This document shows, piece by piece, positions 1 to 13,650 of a stretch of 64,000 nucleotides of DNA. The DNA comes from Octopus bimaculoides (lineage: Eukaryota), in NCBI RefSeq assembly GCF_001194135.2, contig NC_068982.1:59014782-59078781 (forward strand), given 5' to 3'. The translations under genes were made by a program, and so were the position numbers. Below the pieces are notes generated by a model. It saw only the letters and a program-made list of their open reading frames with translations, did not search any database and was not told the DNA's origin. The first letter of the stretch is position 1. The number at the start of each line of letters is the position of its first letter.

Positions 1-48
<48 letters not shown>

Positions 49-586
49 GCACACTCTTCAGACGCTTTAGGTAGGTTGCTTTAAAGACTGGATATATTGC
101 AACAGAGCTCATTCATTTATACACAATGCTGAAAGGATAACATTTTGGGGAAATTAAAAGGCCAGACGGTAATTAATCAAACCAGGACAAAACAACAGCT
201 TATGTCAAACAGAGATTTGCACAATGTTGTTAGTAATGGCAGTTATAAAGTAGAAATGAAACAAACTGACATTCTTCAAGGTCACTGGGGTGTATAGATA
301 TATAAAGTGTAGGGATGAAGTAATGATAACCAAGTTACGAATACAAAAACATGCGCGCATGAATACCCATAAATTGGTCAGGCGTCTTGTGAGCGCACGC
401 GTATTAACTGGTCAGTATTCATGACCACACACACGCACTCGTCCGATGACACTGCACACAAATTTTCCCGCACACGCATGTGGTCCAGATGAACTACTTT
501 CGAATTCAATTAACTTTGTGATCTGATAGCCGGATGCATGTTTGAAGTGCTTACCGTGAGTTCCGGGTGATTATTTTACTCCAATT

Positions 587-648
<62 letters not shown>

Positions 649-649
<1 letters not shown>

Positions 650-673
650 GAGAATATACAAATAATAACAACA

Positions 674-675
<2 letters not shown>
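649..675. repeat. 27-bp fragment of a (TA)n-associated repeat, probably a Penelope-like terminus
   Basis: GGAGAATATACAAATAATAACAACAGA is identical to 34213-34239, which runs into a hammerhead motif. Both copies directly follow (TA)n. Confidence 0.5.
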
Positions 676-706
<31 letters not shown>

Positions 707-2903
707 AAAAGAGAGAGGTATACAGAATCAACCAAAGATGATGTACTGTGTTTAATGCTTGAATATACTTATGTTTCATGTATATCAATATTGTATTTGC
801 TTATGTACTTTCAGCTATGCGTAATAATATGCACAATTCACAGAGTACATCGAAACAGCTGTAAAGATTTGATTATACTAATTAAAGTTATGTAACATTT
901 CCTGTAAACTATTTGTTCATTTTTCTTTGTTGACATTCACACGAACATTTTCTTCTAGCCAACTTACCTGCTTCTGGAGTACCTCTCTCTCTCTGATTAA
1001 GAATTTGAATTTTAAAAATTCGGACCATCTGAGTACTAATCTAATACCTATTTATTCATGCATAAGTATCCTCATACACACTGTGTGTGTGTGTGAGGAA
1101 GAGAGAGAGAGAAAATCTTCAAAAGAACGAGGCAAACAAAAATGTGATTTCAAAATTGAGTTAAGGAGATGGTAATATGGAAGGTAAGGCTTTATAGGTA
1201 GATATTGAATAAATACAACGAATACTGAATGATAGTAACCAAAAAAGACAGGCTAAAACGGTTTTAAATCTGTGTAGGGCTCAAAGCCTTTCAGTATTTA
1301 GCAGCTTCTATTTATCTTCTGAATTCTAATTTGGAAGGGTAAATTTTGCCATTTACACTTTTGGAGTACACAATGTACCTTTAACTAATGACTTTAACTA
1401 ATGCTTCATTTACTTTTTAAGATGGTAGTGCGCAATTTGCAGGAAGATTTGGGGCCTATTTCTAAAAAGGAGAAATGCTGTGTAGGTGTTTCGTTATTGG
1501 GTCGTTGACTGTAGATGTTATTCATTGATCTCTGCTTTCACGGAAGTTTCAAGTTGATAGTACTGGACTGATTTAATTGGTTTTTAAAGAATTCAAACAA
1601 ATAAACATCTATATCTCTGATTAACTGAAGAATTATCCTTAAATGTGGTCGTCTCAGCTTTTAATAACAGATAAGTCCCAAATACTGTCTGCAGACAACT
1701 GGACAATATAGCAAAAGCACGTACATCATATATATATATACAGGGAGAGAGAGAAAGAGAAGAGAGGGAGAAAAAGAACATCACAAGAGACATAGAGAGA
1801 GTAACTTACAAGACAATAATGGCGAAGATGCCCAAATTAGTAGAATTGTGATCGAGAGAATTTATGAGAAATAAATTAAGGTCTTCATTGTTTGCCTGAG
1901 TTCAGTACCTCGGCGCATTGACTTTCCTTTTTCTTCTTTCTTGTATTTTTCGTGAAAGATGATAAAAGTACAGGACGAAAAATAAGATCGATTTATTGAC
2001 AGTACACATCTCTTTGTGTCTAATCGAAGAAAATCAATATTGTCTTTACATTCAAGATCACGAATTAGATTCGCTTCTTTATTTAATTAACTTACCTAGG
2101 TGAAAATAATCTCTCGTCATCAGTACTAATGTATTAATTAGAGTATTAATTGATGTATTAGTTAGAGTACGACTGAACTAAAGATTTCGTCTTTGTTTCA
2201 TGCACCAAAGAAAAAAGTTAGAATGGTGGAGCCCGCTTTCTCTATGCTATTCTAATGTGGGGTGGACATTTGAAGATAATGCAACCGAGCGAAACTTCCA
2301 TCGAAATCACTTATGTAACATTACTAGAAAGAACTTGAAAACGAATACCTATATAATTAATCTGATCTACGTTTATTAAGTACCTATTTACTCATGACTA
2401 AAATAAAATAGCAGATTTATGTACCCAATGGTTAAGTGAGGGTTAATATATTTAATACAGAAATCGTTAAAATACCAATTAGAAATAGTTAAGTAGTGAG
2501 TAAACAAACAATATTAGTTAGCCAATGACTAATAATATTTTACTTCTTCCGGCAAGCATGGGTGACAACTCGTATATGTTTCGACTTATTAAGACCTCAA
2601 CAGGGAAACAAATTTTTGTCAAACTAAAGGAAAGGAACGAATGTAGCACAGAAGAGACATGTTAGCCGCTCAGAAACACACAAAAAGACTGCTAATTTCA
2701 CTTAAACATTTATTGCTTATAATATAGTGTAAAATGTTTCGTCGATCGAAACTGTGGCACTATATATCAGAGATGCACATCGGGAAAGTGTTTTTACCAA
2801 TTCTTAGGATTGACTTAAAAAAATGAAATTTGATAAGCGGAACTAGTGCAGAAGCTCACCGGGTTCATCCACACAAAAATACACCTGCATGCCTTATATA
2901 TGT

Positions 2904-2987
2904 GCCACTTGCACATTAATTTCAAGAGCAAGCTGTTCCGTAAATCGGATCAACTGGAATACTCGTTGTCGTAGCCGACGGAGTGTC
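2904..2987 (+). mobile_element. SINE family A, 3' tail fragment
   Basis: Diverged match to the family A tail (ccacttgcac.ttaatttca.gagca.gctgttccgt...cggatcaactggaa...cgacggagtg). Confidence 0.7.
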
Positions 2988-4240
2988 CATTTCTGATTTT
3001 CTTTTGCACCATTGTTTTCAGTGGTGTTGGCTTTCAAGTAGAGACTGTGTGTATGTATGTATGAGTGAATGATAGGATGTGTATATGTTACGTTGACAGT
3101 AATATAGGCAGTTACTGACAGAAAATATTGATGTGACGGCAGTAACTGCAACCAGAGTGTCAATTTTGTGCTTTTAGCAAGTATATATTTTGCCTAGCTG
3201 TGAAATAAAGACATTGTGGTTAAAATCTTAATTTTTCTCTCAACAGCCAAAGAAGGAGGTTGTGCTCACAAATTTAAGCCTCATTAGAGATCATTTGCCT
3301 AGAGTTTATTTATCCGGAAACTTGGCAATAGGTTATTATTAATCCAAGAAATGTTACTATTTCTAGCAACTTTCAACAAAAATACTAGTCATAAAAACAA
3401 ACATTATCTGGTATAATCCTCCTTATAATTAAATACATTCATATATGTTCCTTAAGCCTTCCTAAAACTTATCAGCACCTACTACTCTATTATTATACAA
3501 ATTTTGCAAAGAAGTTGAATAAAGGTCATATTAAGTCTACCTTATACTGTGCAAAGTTATTAAATATTTTTCCTGTTATTCGCCAGAACATAGTATGCTT
3601 CCTTTTGTATGTATTTATGTATGAATGTATGTACTATTCTGACGTAACTTCTCTGAAGGTATTATCCATCTCACTCTCTCCAAAACAGCCAGAAATGAAC
3701 TGAGGGAAATTTGGCAGTTACTCCTAACGGGTTAAGTAACTATTTAGAGGTTTCTTAGTTTATAGATACTACTACTACTACTACTACTACTCCTACTACT
3801 ACTACTACTACTACTTCTACTTCTTCTACTACTACTAAATGAAATGTATCAAATAATGGTCTCTAATGACTGTAGCACGAGGTAATTCCTTAATTCCTTA
3901 TTTAAATTAATTTTCATTTTTTTTAGTGGGATGGGGTTGGTGCGGTTAACCATCAGAAAATGTCATTAATCTATCACCAGAGATACTTTAGAAAATGTTT
4001 CTGCTGTAGGTAGTGGCAAACATCCTTGAAAGTTTATAATGAAATACAGCATATTTATTTATTCATCTGTTTATATACTTATTTGTTTCGTTATTTATTT
4101 TCTTCTTCAGCACAGCTGTGCCGAGTTTCCAACTCTTTTCAAAACATCCTAACTTTGGTAGCAGACTCTGATTCCCAGTAACTAATACTTTTGCTAAATT
4201 TCCATTATTGTAGCAATGGAAAGATTATAGATGACAAGAT

Positions 4241-4630
4241 GTTGTTGCTGTTGGCACTCCGTCGCTTACGACGTCGAGAGTTCCAGTTGATCCGATCAAC
4301 GGAACAACCTGCTCGTGAAATTAACGTGCAAGTGGCTGAGCACTCCACAGATACGTGTGCCCTTAAAGTAGTTCTCGGGGATATTCAGCGTGACACAGTG
4401 TGACAAGGCTGACCCTTTGAATTACAGGCACAACAGAAACAGGAAGTAAGAGTGAGAGAAAGTTGTGGTGAAAGGGTACAGCAGGGTTCGCCACCATCTC
4501 CTGCCGGAGCCTCGTGGAGCTTTAGGTGTTTTCGCTCAATAAACACTCACAACGCTCGGTCTGGGAATCGAAACCGTGATCCTATGACCACGAGTCCGCT
4601 GCCCTAACCACTGGGCCATTGCTCCTCCAC
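4241..4630 (-). mobile_element. tRNA-derived SINE family A, full length
   Basis: Minus strand has a head with A box TGGCCCAGTGG and B box GTTTCGATTCC and a (CAA)n tail. TSD AGATGACAAGAT at 4229-4240 and 4631-4642. Five more full copies are in the window. Confidence 0.9.
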
Positions 4631-4775
4631 AGATGACAAGATGACTAATAGTAGAATCGACAAAGCATTAGACATTGATTTGTGTTGCTTAATAACGTCC
4701 CTTTTACAATTTGAGTTCAATTCCTGTCCTTAATCTGTTTTAGCTAAGCACCGATATCGAAGATATTATTTAGAC

Positions 4776-5361
4776 GAGAGGTTCTCAACCATTTTTTGCC
4801 TATGGATCCCATTTGATTCTTGTTTTACTCTGCTGAGCTTCCATAACCATTCGATGTATATAAAAATATCCTATTATATTTTTATAATTACCTCCGCCTT
4901 AGCGAAGGTAGAAGTGTTGTTTTCAGGTTTGTTAGTTTGTCCGCTGGATGGATTCGGATGAAACTATCAGGGATATTTGGCCTCGTGACTGGCACGAACT
5001 GCTTAGATTTTGGGATCGTTCCGGTACCGGACAAAGATTCTGGATTATTTTTCCGGTTTTTGTTTTTACTTAACTTTTGAGAGCGGAGGGGTTCATCTTT
5101 AGTATTCTCGTTTGTGAGATCAGTCGAGTTTATTTCAGATATTCTCATTATAAAAATCATCTCTGGCTAATCGTTGAGAGGACGTTGGTATTGCATTGGA
5201 GGAGGTTTGCGCTCTCTGGGTGCTCTTGTTAAATATTAGGAATTGTATAAAAAAAGTTATAATATTTTGTGTATTGTAGAAATATAAGTAATCCTTTTGA
5301 CATAAACAAAATCTTATATGAACCCCACAAGGGACGTATGGACCCCGGGTGAGAACCGCTG
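4776..5361. mobile_element. hAT (Charlie-like) MITE interrupted by a HINE-like element
   Basis: Terminal inverted repeats gagagGTTCTCAACC and GGGTGAGAACCGCTG. Flanks ATTTAGAC and ATCTACAT resemble the NTCTAGAN 8-bp target of Charlie elements. Confidence 0.6.
4888..5230 (+). mobile_element. Helentron-associated non-autonomous element (HINE/DINE-1-like)
   Basis: 5' TTACCTCCGCC subterminal repeat with adjacent inverted repeat GCGAAGGTA. 3' GGAGGAGGTT followed by hairpin GCGCTCTCTGGGTGC and a CTTGTT end. Same architecture at 61119 and 62073. Confidence 0.7.
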
Positions 5362-5553
5362 ATCTACATCTTCTTCAAATGTATGGCCTGGTTGCAATGA
5401 AAAACTATTGTTGTGGCAGTAGCGGGTGGTGAGTAGCAAGACAGCAGCTTACAGTTTTCAGTTACATCCCTTCGCATTTTGTGTTCAATTCTCGCCTGGA
5501 ATCAACTTTGCGAATCGATCAGATAAGCACCAATCAAATAGTGATACAGTGTA

Positions 5554-5600
<47 letters not shown>

Positions 5601-5854
5601 CATTCTCCGGAGATATTTGATATTTTTGCCTCGTTCTGAAATCTTTATTGTACCAATGGTAAATATTGAAACGAGTTGCAAAATATTACAAAAGTAAAGT
5701 AAAAATGTCAAGGAAATGAGTTCAGTTTACAATTTCATTTCGATTGCTTTTGAATCTTTTTCATTTTATTGTTAATACCTTTACCCCACCAAGTTTCCTT
5801 GCTTGCTTCACGGTCTTTCTTGATGGGGCTGGAGTTATCCCAGATTAGTGGTCC

Positions 5855-6080
5855 CAGAAACGTCATCATGCCGACCTGGTCCACCAGTGCTCTCCGACGC
5901 TGGCGGTCCCGTACCAGCCCTTCTGCATCCTCCTAGGTGACGTTGAGCCTCTGGAGACCTCCAACCACGTCCATCTATCTGGTGTGGGGCCTGCCACGAG
6001 TTCTCTTCCTGTTCGTAGCTGTTGCGTCGAATGGTAGGATGATCAAGCGGGTGACAGAGAACATGTCTGTACCAGCTGTG
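5855..6080 (-). mobile_element. RTE-clade LINE, 3' fragment (degenerate)
   Basis: Minus-strand frames give WYRHVLCHPLDHP and RKRTRGRPHTR*MDVVG..LQRLNVT*EDAEGLVRDRQRRRALV, typical of the RTE ORF C-terminus (WxGHV..RxRGRP..W..DR..WR). Confidence 0.75.
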
Positions 6081-6084
6081 CTGG

Positions 6085-6303
6085 AGTACAAACACAAAGA
6101 CACACATGCACGCACACACATACACACACGCACACACACATAATGGGCTTCTTTTAATTTTCGCCTACCAAATCCACTCACAAGGCTTTGGTCGGCCTAA
6201 AGTTATAATAAAAGACACTTGCCCAAGGTACCACGTAGTTGGACTGAACCCGGAACCATGTGGTTGGGAAGCAGGCTTGTTACCACACAGCCACACTTAC
6301 GCC
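6085..6303 (-). mobile_element. SINE family B (CORE-like), partial
   Basis: Matches other B copies: ctaccaaatccactcacaaggctttggtcgg...gacacttgcccaagg...ggactgaacccggaaccatgtggttgg. Confidence 0.85.
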
Positions 6304-6965
6304 CATTTGTCTAAGATATTTTTTTCCAAAGGCCTTGGTCCTCATAATGGCAAGTAGGTATGATTTTACTGTTTTTGCAGCCACATCTTTGCGAGATAGC
6401 TGATGCTCGTTATACTCAGAGCCAGGATAATCTTAATAATGTTGTTCAAAAGATAACTTACACATTTGTTTGTAACGGTTTGACACTTAACAAATGTTAA
6501 GGCCATATCAAGGTTATTAGACGGCCAATAAGGAATTTTGAACTTTAGTTAGAGGTCCCAGGATAAAAGTCGACTCGATAAATGTTTGACAGATGCAACA
6601 AATCATATAGCAAATCTATTTAAATAGTCAGATAGGGACTGCTGGTTGGTGAATTATGTGTTTTAAACACCAATAGTTGTACCATACGACAGATAAAATG
6701 TAAAATAACCTTGTTTAAGAAGCAACTGAGTGACAACCTTCATCTCAGAGAAAAGTAAATTCTAAAGAATAATCTTTTGTTAAAACATGCAACGATAATC
6801 ATAGGGTTTCAGGGTTGGCAAGTTAAGTATATGTAATTTCTATTTCTTTACTATTTCTTCAATTAAAAGTCTGCTTTGTTGTTTGCCACGATCATCATAA
6901 TTATAATCATCATTGCTTTTTGACTTAAAATAGTTTAGATATTTTGAATATAACAGTCATATAAT

Positions 6966-7090
6966 ATTGAATTCAAATTTTGGTACAAGACAAGTCGGTC
7001 TCGGTGGAATTTGAACTCAGAATGTAAGGACGGACGAAATGCCGCTAAGCTTGTTGTCCGGCATACGAACGACTCTGCCATCTCGCCGCA
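6966..7090 (-). mobile_element. SINE family C, internally deleted copy
   Basis: Contains ggaatttgaactcagaa.gtaa.gacggacgaaatgccgctaagc, shared with the other C copies. Confidence 0.75.
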
Positions 7091-7106
7091 TTTCAACAGT
7101 CATATT

Positions 7107-7350
7107 ATATTGGTTTCAAACTTTGGCACAAGGCCAAGAATTTTTGATGGGGAGAGGGGTGATTTGGTGGGGGTGGGGGTGAGTCAATTACACCGATCCT
7201 AGTTTTCAGCTGGTACTTATTTTATCGATCCCGAAAGGGATGAAAGGCAAAGCCGACCTCGGCGGAATTTGAACCCAGAACGTAAAAAAAACGAACGAAA
7301 TGCCGCTAAGCATTTTGCTCGTTGTGCTAACGATTCTGCCAGCTCTTCAT
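7107..7350 (-). mobile_element. SINE family C (Nin-domain-like)
   Basis: Minus strand has a tRNA-like head with a B-box-like GGTTCAAATTCC and the central GCCTTTCATCC...GATCGATAAAATAAGTACCAG block resembling the Nin/Deu domain. Confidence 0.85.
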
Positions 7351-8780
7351 CTTGCAGGAGGCATATAATATTAAAAGAGAAGATAAAGAGCACTGGAAAT
7401 GATTCGGATATTAAAAAACAAACAACACGACTGCATTCAACGATTTTCATATTCTTTCTTTGATCGAGTGTTTTAAGTGTGGAGACAGAAGAAATTGAAC
7501 GACTGACTACAAAGGTTACATATGAGAGACATGTGACTGCATATTGAGACACTCAGTCACAATAGATAAGAGACGAAAACAAGAGGGAGAGAGAGAGCGG
7601 GGTGGAAGAGATGTGAAAGACAAACGGGCAACATGGGTGGGGGTGGGGGAAATAGTGAAAGAAAGAGAGCAAAAGAGAATCATAAAGTGAGACTGAGGGT
7701 AAGTAAAAGACGAGGTAGATGATGCTGGGCTGTAGGAGATGTGTGAAACAAAGAACGAAATAACTATATAGAATAGTTAAAAGATGAAAAAAAAAATACA
7801 AGTAAAAATTGGTTAAAGGCGTAAAGGAAAGAAGGGCGTAGGTGTTAGCTGAGAAAGAAAGAGTGTAATAACTAAGAAAGAGAATACGTGTAGACGAAAT
7901 CTAAGTTGTATACTGGTAAAGCATATAAAGATGTCAACGTACGTCTAATCGACTTTTATCAAGCAAGCCAGACAAACGACTAACGCTATCCTTCAATACT
8001 AAACATTCTCGTCGGCTCCTGGTAATGGAACACTGCTTACTCGGTTACACTTTCAATAAAAACCGACTTCTAAAAGACTGGGCGTGGGATTTCTGAAACA
8101 TTGCAGGTAACAACTAAGGAAAGCTGTGCAAGGCAGACGTAAATGAGAACATGACGGCATCAACAACAACGAGAAAGAATGACGATGACAGCTGTAGTAA
8201 GAGTAACAACAGCAACAACATCAACAGTCTGGCAATGTTCCTATATCCACGTGGTGCCAATACAATGAGCTGACTCTATGAATAGATCAAATCAAAGATC
8301 CAACGCGTAAAATATAGAAATCCAGATTAATAAGATAAGCTGCCGTTTTGAAACAAAGAAATTCCACATGCAATCGAGTGTCAGATCAGATATCAACAAA
8401 GAAGTCTCTACATGGCCACACAATCTGCTAGAAAAAACATCCAAAATTCCTTTATTCCATAAGGGAGAAAAACAACGGACCCCTAGATACACTGTGCTTA
8501 AAAAAAAAAAGAAGACGCAATGGTCACGGTTGTAATGGCGGTGATCATATATCTGTTCGAGCGAAACTAGCCTGAACCTAAACAAAATCTCCCCTTTATG
8601 TCAGAGGTAACTTTAAATTTCGTCTCTTATTGATTGATAAGTGACAATAATTAACTGGAGCCAATTCAACAGATTATAGTCTTTCCTATTTTATTTGTGC
8701 TCAAATAGTGCTGCTGAAACTTTGAGAACAGGTCAAGAGAAATACAATCCACACAAAGCATATGTAGGAAAAAGAGATAT

Positions 8781-8860
<80 letters not shown>

Positions 8861-8876
8861 TACACAATCACACACA

Positions 8877-8914
<38 letters not shown>

Positions 8915-8919
<5 letters not shown>

Positions 8920-9063
8920 AAATAGTAAATGAGTATATGCATATATACGTACAGGTATGTGCATACCGACATCCACCTGTATGTATAGGTGCATATCTGG
9001 GTATAGGACATTGCAAACAAACGTAGACGAGAAAACACACGAGCCACATAGAGAACATTCTAC
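8915..9063 (-). repeat. Copy of (TA)n-associated repeat P1 (possible Penelope-like terminus)
   Basis: Near-identical reverse complement of 26613-26756, with only a few substitutions. Abuts (TA)n. Confidence 0.75.
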
Positions 9064-9972
9064 ATATATACACACACTCACTCACACATACATACATACA
9101 TAAGAGTTGGGTACTAGCAGGATACCCGGTGTTGCATGAGAAACAAAGACCTCGGGAACAATTTCTTGAAAAAAGAATCATGTTAATTCTGCATGAATAT
9201 ATTTTTAAATTTTGATGTTTGTAACGGAGATACACAGTTCAAAAACTATTACCCCTGACGAAACAGACAAAACAATTCTCAGAGAACGAGTTCAGATAAA
9301 CAACCTTTATTTATTTGTTTATTTTTTTGTTGCAATCTTAAGCATTGTCATAGAAATTTATCTGGCTTCTAATAAATGAACATTCAACATAAGTTTCTGT
9401 AATACTCACGTGACAGACATATAATAAAATAAACAAATACTTGAAATTATATAGAAATTTGCACCACCGAATGAATACGTTTTTGTTAATTACTTTTAAC
9501 TGAATAGAATTTAGTTCCCACAGTTGGCGTGCAAAGAAATAAAGAGATATTTGAACCGACTGACAGTGAAAATATGGAAGGAAAATGAATGAATAACAAG
9601 TTTTCAATGAATAGTGTTCCCGTAATGTATATGAGACCAACTTTGAAATGGAAATTAATTTTAACGAACTGAAAACATTAAAGCGGATTTATGGATGCAA
9701 GTAACCTTAACGGCAGAACTGAGCGACTGTCAAAAGACAAGAGAGATAACAGGGAATAGAATTAGAGAGAAATAACTCATAAGTGTTAGATATGGGTCTG
9801 ATCTAAACTCATCTTAAAAGGGTAAAATCCAGATATAGTTTTAATCACTATCATATGAAGTAACCTTTAAACAGTAAAAAATATGAGAAAGTAAACAGTC
9901 CATGCTTATTTTACCATAGGTATTGAAAAGTACCCTTAAATGGATCGTGTCAAAAATACGAGACCTCTCCTT

Positions 9973-10010
<38 letters not shown>

Positions 10011-10483
10011 GATAGATAGCTAGACAGACAGACAGACGGATAGACACAGAGAGAGATATTACATATTTTTTTATACGCTTCAGCCCTAATGACTGCGGCC
10101 ATGCAAGGGCATATACATTATATATATATTTCTTCGTATTTCCCTCCGACGAAAAGAGAGATAAGACAAAGAAATAATGGGTAGAAATTTGTAGCCATAA
10201 CGACGAGATTTCGAATATTTTAGATTGAGTTTAGACACCTAGTGGTATATAGATCCAATTTAATGGTGAGAAACTTTCAGAATGGAGATACTAGATATTA
10301 ACATTGAGTGATTTTTGAGGCGTTCGTCTTTTAGTTTTTGAGCAAATCTGGCTGAGTCAACCAGAGATACATTCACAAATATGCAATGGGATTTATCAAT
10401 ATTTCACCCATTAAAGAAAGTCCACCAAAACATTAAACACAGTGTATGTGTGTATGCGCGCGCACACACACACATATATATAT

Positions 10484-10651
10484 NNNNNNNNNNNNNNNNN
10501 NNNNNNNNNNNNNNNNNNNNNNNNNNNNNNNNNNNNNNNNNNNNNNNNNNNNNNNNNNNNNNNNNNNNNNNNNNNNNNNNNNNNNNNNNNNNNNNNNNNN
10601 NNNNNNNNNNNNNNNNNNNNNNNNNNNNNNNNNNNNNNNNNNNNNNNNNNN
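10484..10651. other. Assembly gap (N). Others at 12645-13607, 26757-27619, 33677-34181, 42709-42718, 45143-45739, 48374-48473, 50894-50903, 51562-51782
   Basis: N runs, mostly bounded by microsatellites. They create the long X-filled ORFs in the track. Confidence 0.99.
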
Positions 10652-10849
10652 AACTGAAAGGAACACAGAAAGAAATAAGGAGAGAAACAAGGAGGAAAAA
10701 ACTATAAATGTAGTGGTCAGCGATCTATCATATATATATACACACACACACACATATGCATGTGTATTCTAACATATATTCAAAGTGCACGTGTTGGTAC
10801 AGTACTCTTCCTTTGTAGTAACTCTTCTCCCTGTTCTTCATTGCACGCA

Positions 10850-12057
10850 AGCAATGGGTTTCAAGCAAAAGTAATGTGTTATCATTAAGTTTTTTTAAGA
10901 AGGGGAGCAGACTGTCTGACAACAAATGATTGCCAGTTGTTTACAGAAATGACACTAGTGACAAGAGCAATGTGCACTGATGAACGAAGTAGCTTAAAGA
11001 ATGGAAGACAACACTGGAAATAAAGAAACGGTGATGGTTATGGGGGTGGGGAGGCGGTTATCGACTGCGACCACTGACTCCCAAATGTCAGTGTGTTGAC
11101 GAAGTGTTTCGCGCGGACAGACGAATCCCAATCTGCGAGCTTGCTGCACAACTGGATTGTGGTCGCAACGCATTGCAGAAAATGGTGGGAAACTTTGGAT
11201 GTCAGAAACTGCACACAATATGAGTACCTCAACAGTTGATACCTGATGATTTGAAATTGAGAAGTGTGGAAATCTGCTCTGATTTGCTGGAAGCGTTTCA
11301 AGCTAATAAAGACACGTTTTTTGCTTTTTCTTGTGGTTGTTCTTTTTTCTCTCTTTTTAGGTCTAGTGACAGATGAGAAATACGCGGGTGTATCTATGTG
11401 GTTCGAAAACGATGCCTCATTCCGTAGAATTGTGTCGCTCCTTTTCTCCAAAGCCCAGAAAATCCTAGAGACAGTGATCTGCAAAGAAAGGAATGGCAAC
11501 TGTTTTGGAGAATGACATGGCGTCATTCTACATGATTTTCTGGAATGAGGCTGTACCTTGAGCAGCGAAGGTTTCATTGAGACACTCAAAATACTTAAAA
11601 ACGCTACGAGGCGGAAGAGACCGAACAAGAATCTGAAATGATTCATTCTCACCATGATAGTACACGATCAGACAAATCTATAGCAATAAATCCAGCGATC
11701 GGCAAACTGGGTTGCTGAATGGATCCCGATCTATCATAGAGTTCGGAAATTGAGACCCAAACTAGCCCCTGTTTGATCCAATGAAACACACTCGTCGGGA
11801 ACATGATTTGGCGACATAGACGAGATAAAAGTGGATCTGAAGAAGTGGATACAGTAGTGCACACCTAATTTTATTTAAAAAAATAGGGTTTGAGAGTTAG
11901 GTTCAACGATCTTGCAAACATATTTTGTGATGGACAGTATGATGAATTGTACGTTTGTATAGAGAAATACATTTCTAACATGTGCGAGGTGAACGACCTA
12001 CACCAATTAACAAAACATTATGCCCACTTCCGCATTAATTTTGGTCCAACACTCCTG
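10850..12057 (+). pseudogene. Decayed mariner (Tc1/mariner, DD34D-like) transposase element
   Basis: Frameshifted translation gives CVDEVFRADRRIPICELAAQLDCG, *VPQQL (WVPxxL), LVTDEK, GVILHDFLE*GCTLSSEGFIETLKILKNATRRKRPNK..FILTHDSTRS (HDNARPH-like) and CDGQY. The 3' end CATTAATTTTGGTCCAACACTCCTG|TA resembles a mariner TIR with a TA target. Confidence 0.85.
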
Positions 12058-12598
12058 TACGCATATATATATATATATATATAAATACACACAAACATAT
12101 ATATACACACACACATTATATATATATATACATATATATATACATGCATATACTTACGTTCGTATATACACACATATATACATACATATGCATATATATA
12201 CATATACATATATATATACATACATACACACACACATATATACATATATACAGACATATACATACATATATACACACACACATATATATGGGTGTTATTC
12301 TGTCATAAATATTGAAGAATTCCATAACATATTGAATAATGTTAGACACTAATTTATGTATTATCTTATCTGCTGGTGCGTAAGCAACTGCTAAATTGCT
12401 TGTAATTCTCATAGAATATGAGTGTAGATTGGATGGTTAAGCCTGTCCGCTAAAAAGATGTTAATTCTTGTACTTATTTCAACAATTGAATTTAGTCAGA
12501 ACCTGCGCGCGCGCGCAGGTGTGTGTGTGTGTGTGTGTGTGTGCATGTACATACATACATTCATATTCATATATGCACATGTTTGTTGTATGTGCGTG

Positions 12599-12644
<46 letters not shown>

Positions 12645-13607
12645 NNNNNNNNNNNNNNNNNNNNNNNNNNNNNNNNNNNNNNNNNNNNNNNNNNNNNNNN
12701 NNNNNNNNNNNNNNNNNNNNNNNNNNNNNNNNNNNNNNNNNNNNNNNNNNNNNNNNNNNNNNNNNNNNNNNNNNNNNNNNNNNNNNNNNNNNNNNNNNNN
12801 NNNNNNNNNNNNNNNNNNNNNNNNNNNNNNNNNNNNNNNNNNNNNNNNNNNNNNNNNNNNNNNNNNNNNNNNNNNNNNNNNNNNNNNNNNNNNNNNNNNN
12901 NNNNNNNNNNNNNNNNNNNNNNNNNNNNNNNNNNNNNNNNNNNNNNNNNNNNNNNNNNNNNNNNNNNNNNNNNNNNNNNNNNNNNNNNNNNNNNNNNNNN
13001 NNNNNNNNNNNNNNNNNNNNNNNNNNNNNNNNNNNNNNNNNNNNNNNNNNNNNNNNNNNNNNNNNNNNNNNNNNNNNNNNNNNNNNNNNNNNNNNNNNNN
13101 NNNNNNNNNNNNNNNNNNNNNNNNNNNNNNNNNNNNNNNNNNNNNNNNNNNNNNNNNNNNNNNNNNNNNNNNNNNNNNNNNNNNNNNNNNNNNNNNNNNN
13201 NNNNNNNNNNNNNNNNNNNNNNNNNNNNNNNNNNNNNNNNNNNNNNNNNNNNNNNNNNNNNNNNNNNNNNNNNNNNNNNNNNNNNNNNNNNNNNNNNNNN
13301 NNNNNNNNNNNNNNNNNNNNNNNNNNNNNNNNNNNNNNNNNNNNNNNNNNNNNNNNNNNNNNNNNNNNNNNNNNNNNNNNNNNNNNNNNNNNNNNNNNNN
13401 NNNNNNNNNNNNNNNNNNNNNNNNNNNNNNNNNNNNNNNNNNNNNNNNNNNNNNNNNNNNNNNNNNNNNNNNNNNNNNNNNNNNNNNNNNNNNNNNNNNN
13501 NNNNNNNNNNNNNNNNNNNNNNNNNNNNNNNNNNNNNNNNNNNNNNNNNNNNNNNNNNNNNNNNNNNNNNNNNNNNNNNNNNNNNNNNNNNNNNNNNNNN
13601 NNNNNNN

Positions 13608-13650
<43 letters not shown>

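Noticed and set aside
2730-2775. Decayed hammerhead-like motif on the minus strand (similar hints at 34630-34655 and 43269-43305)
   Set aside because: The core and helix I do not pair properly. They may be old Penelope ends but cannot be supported.
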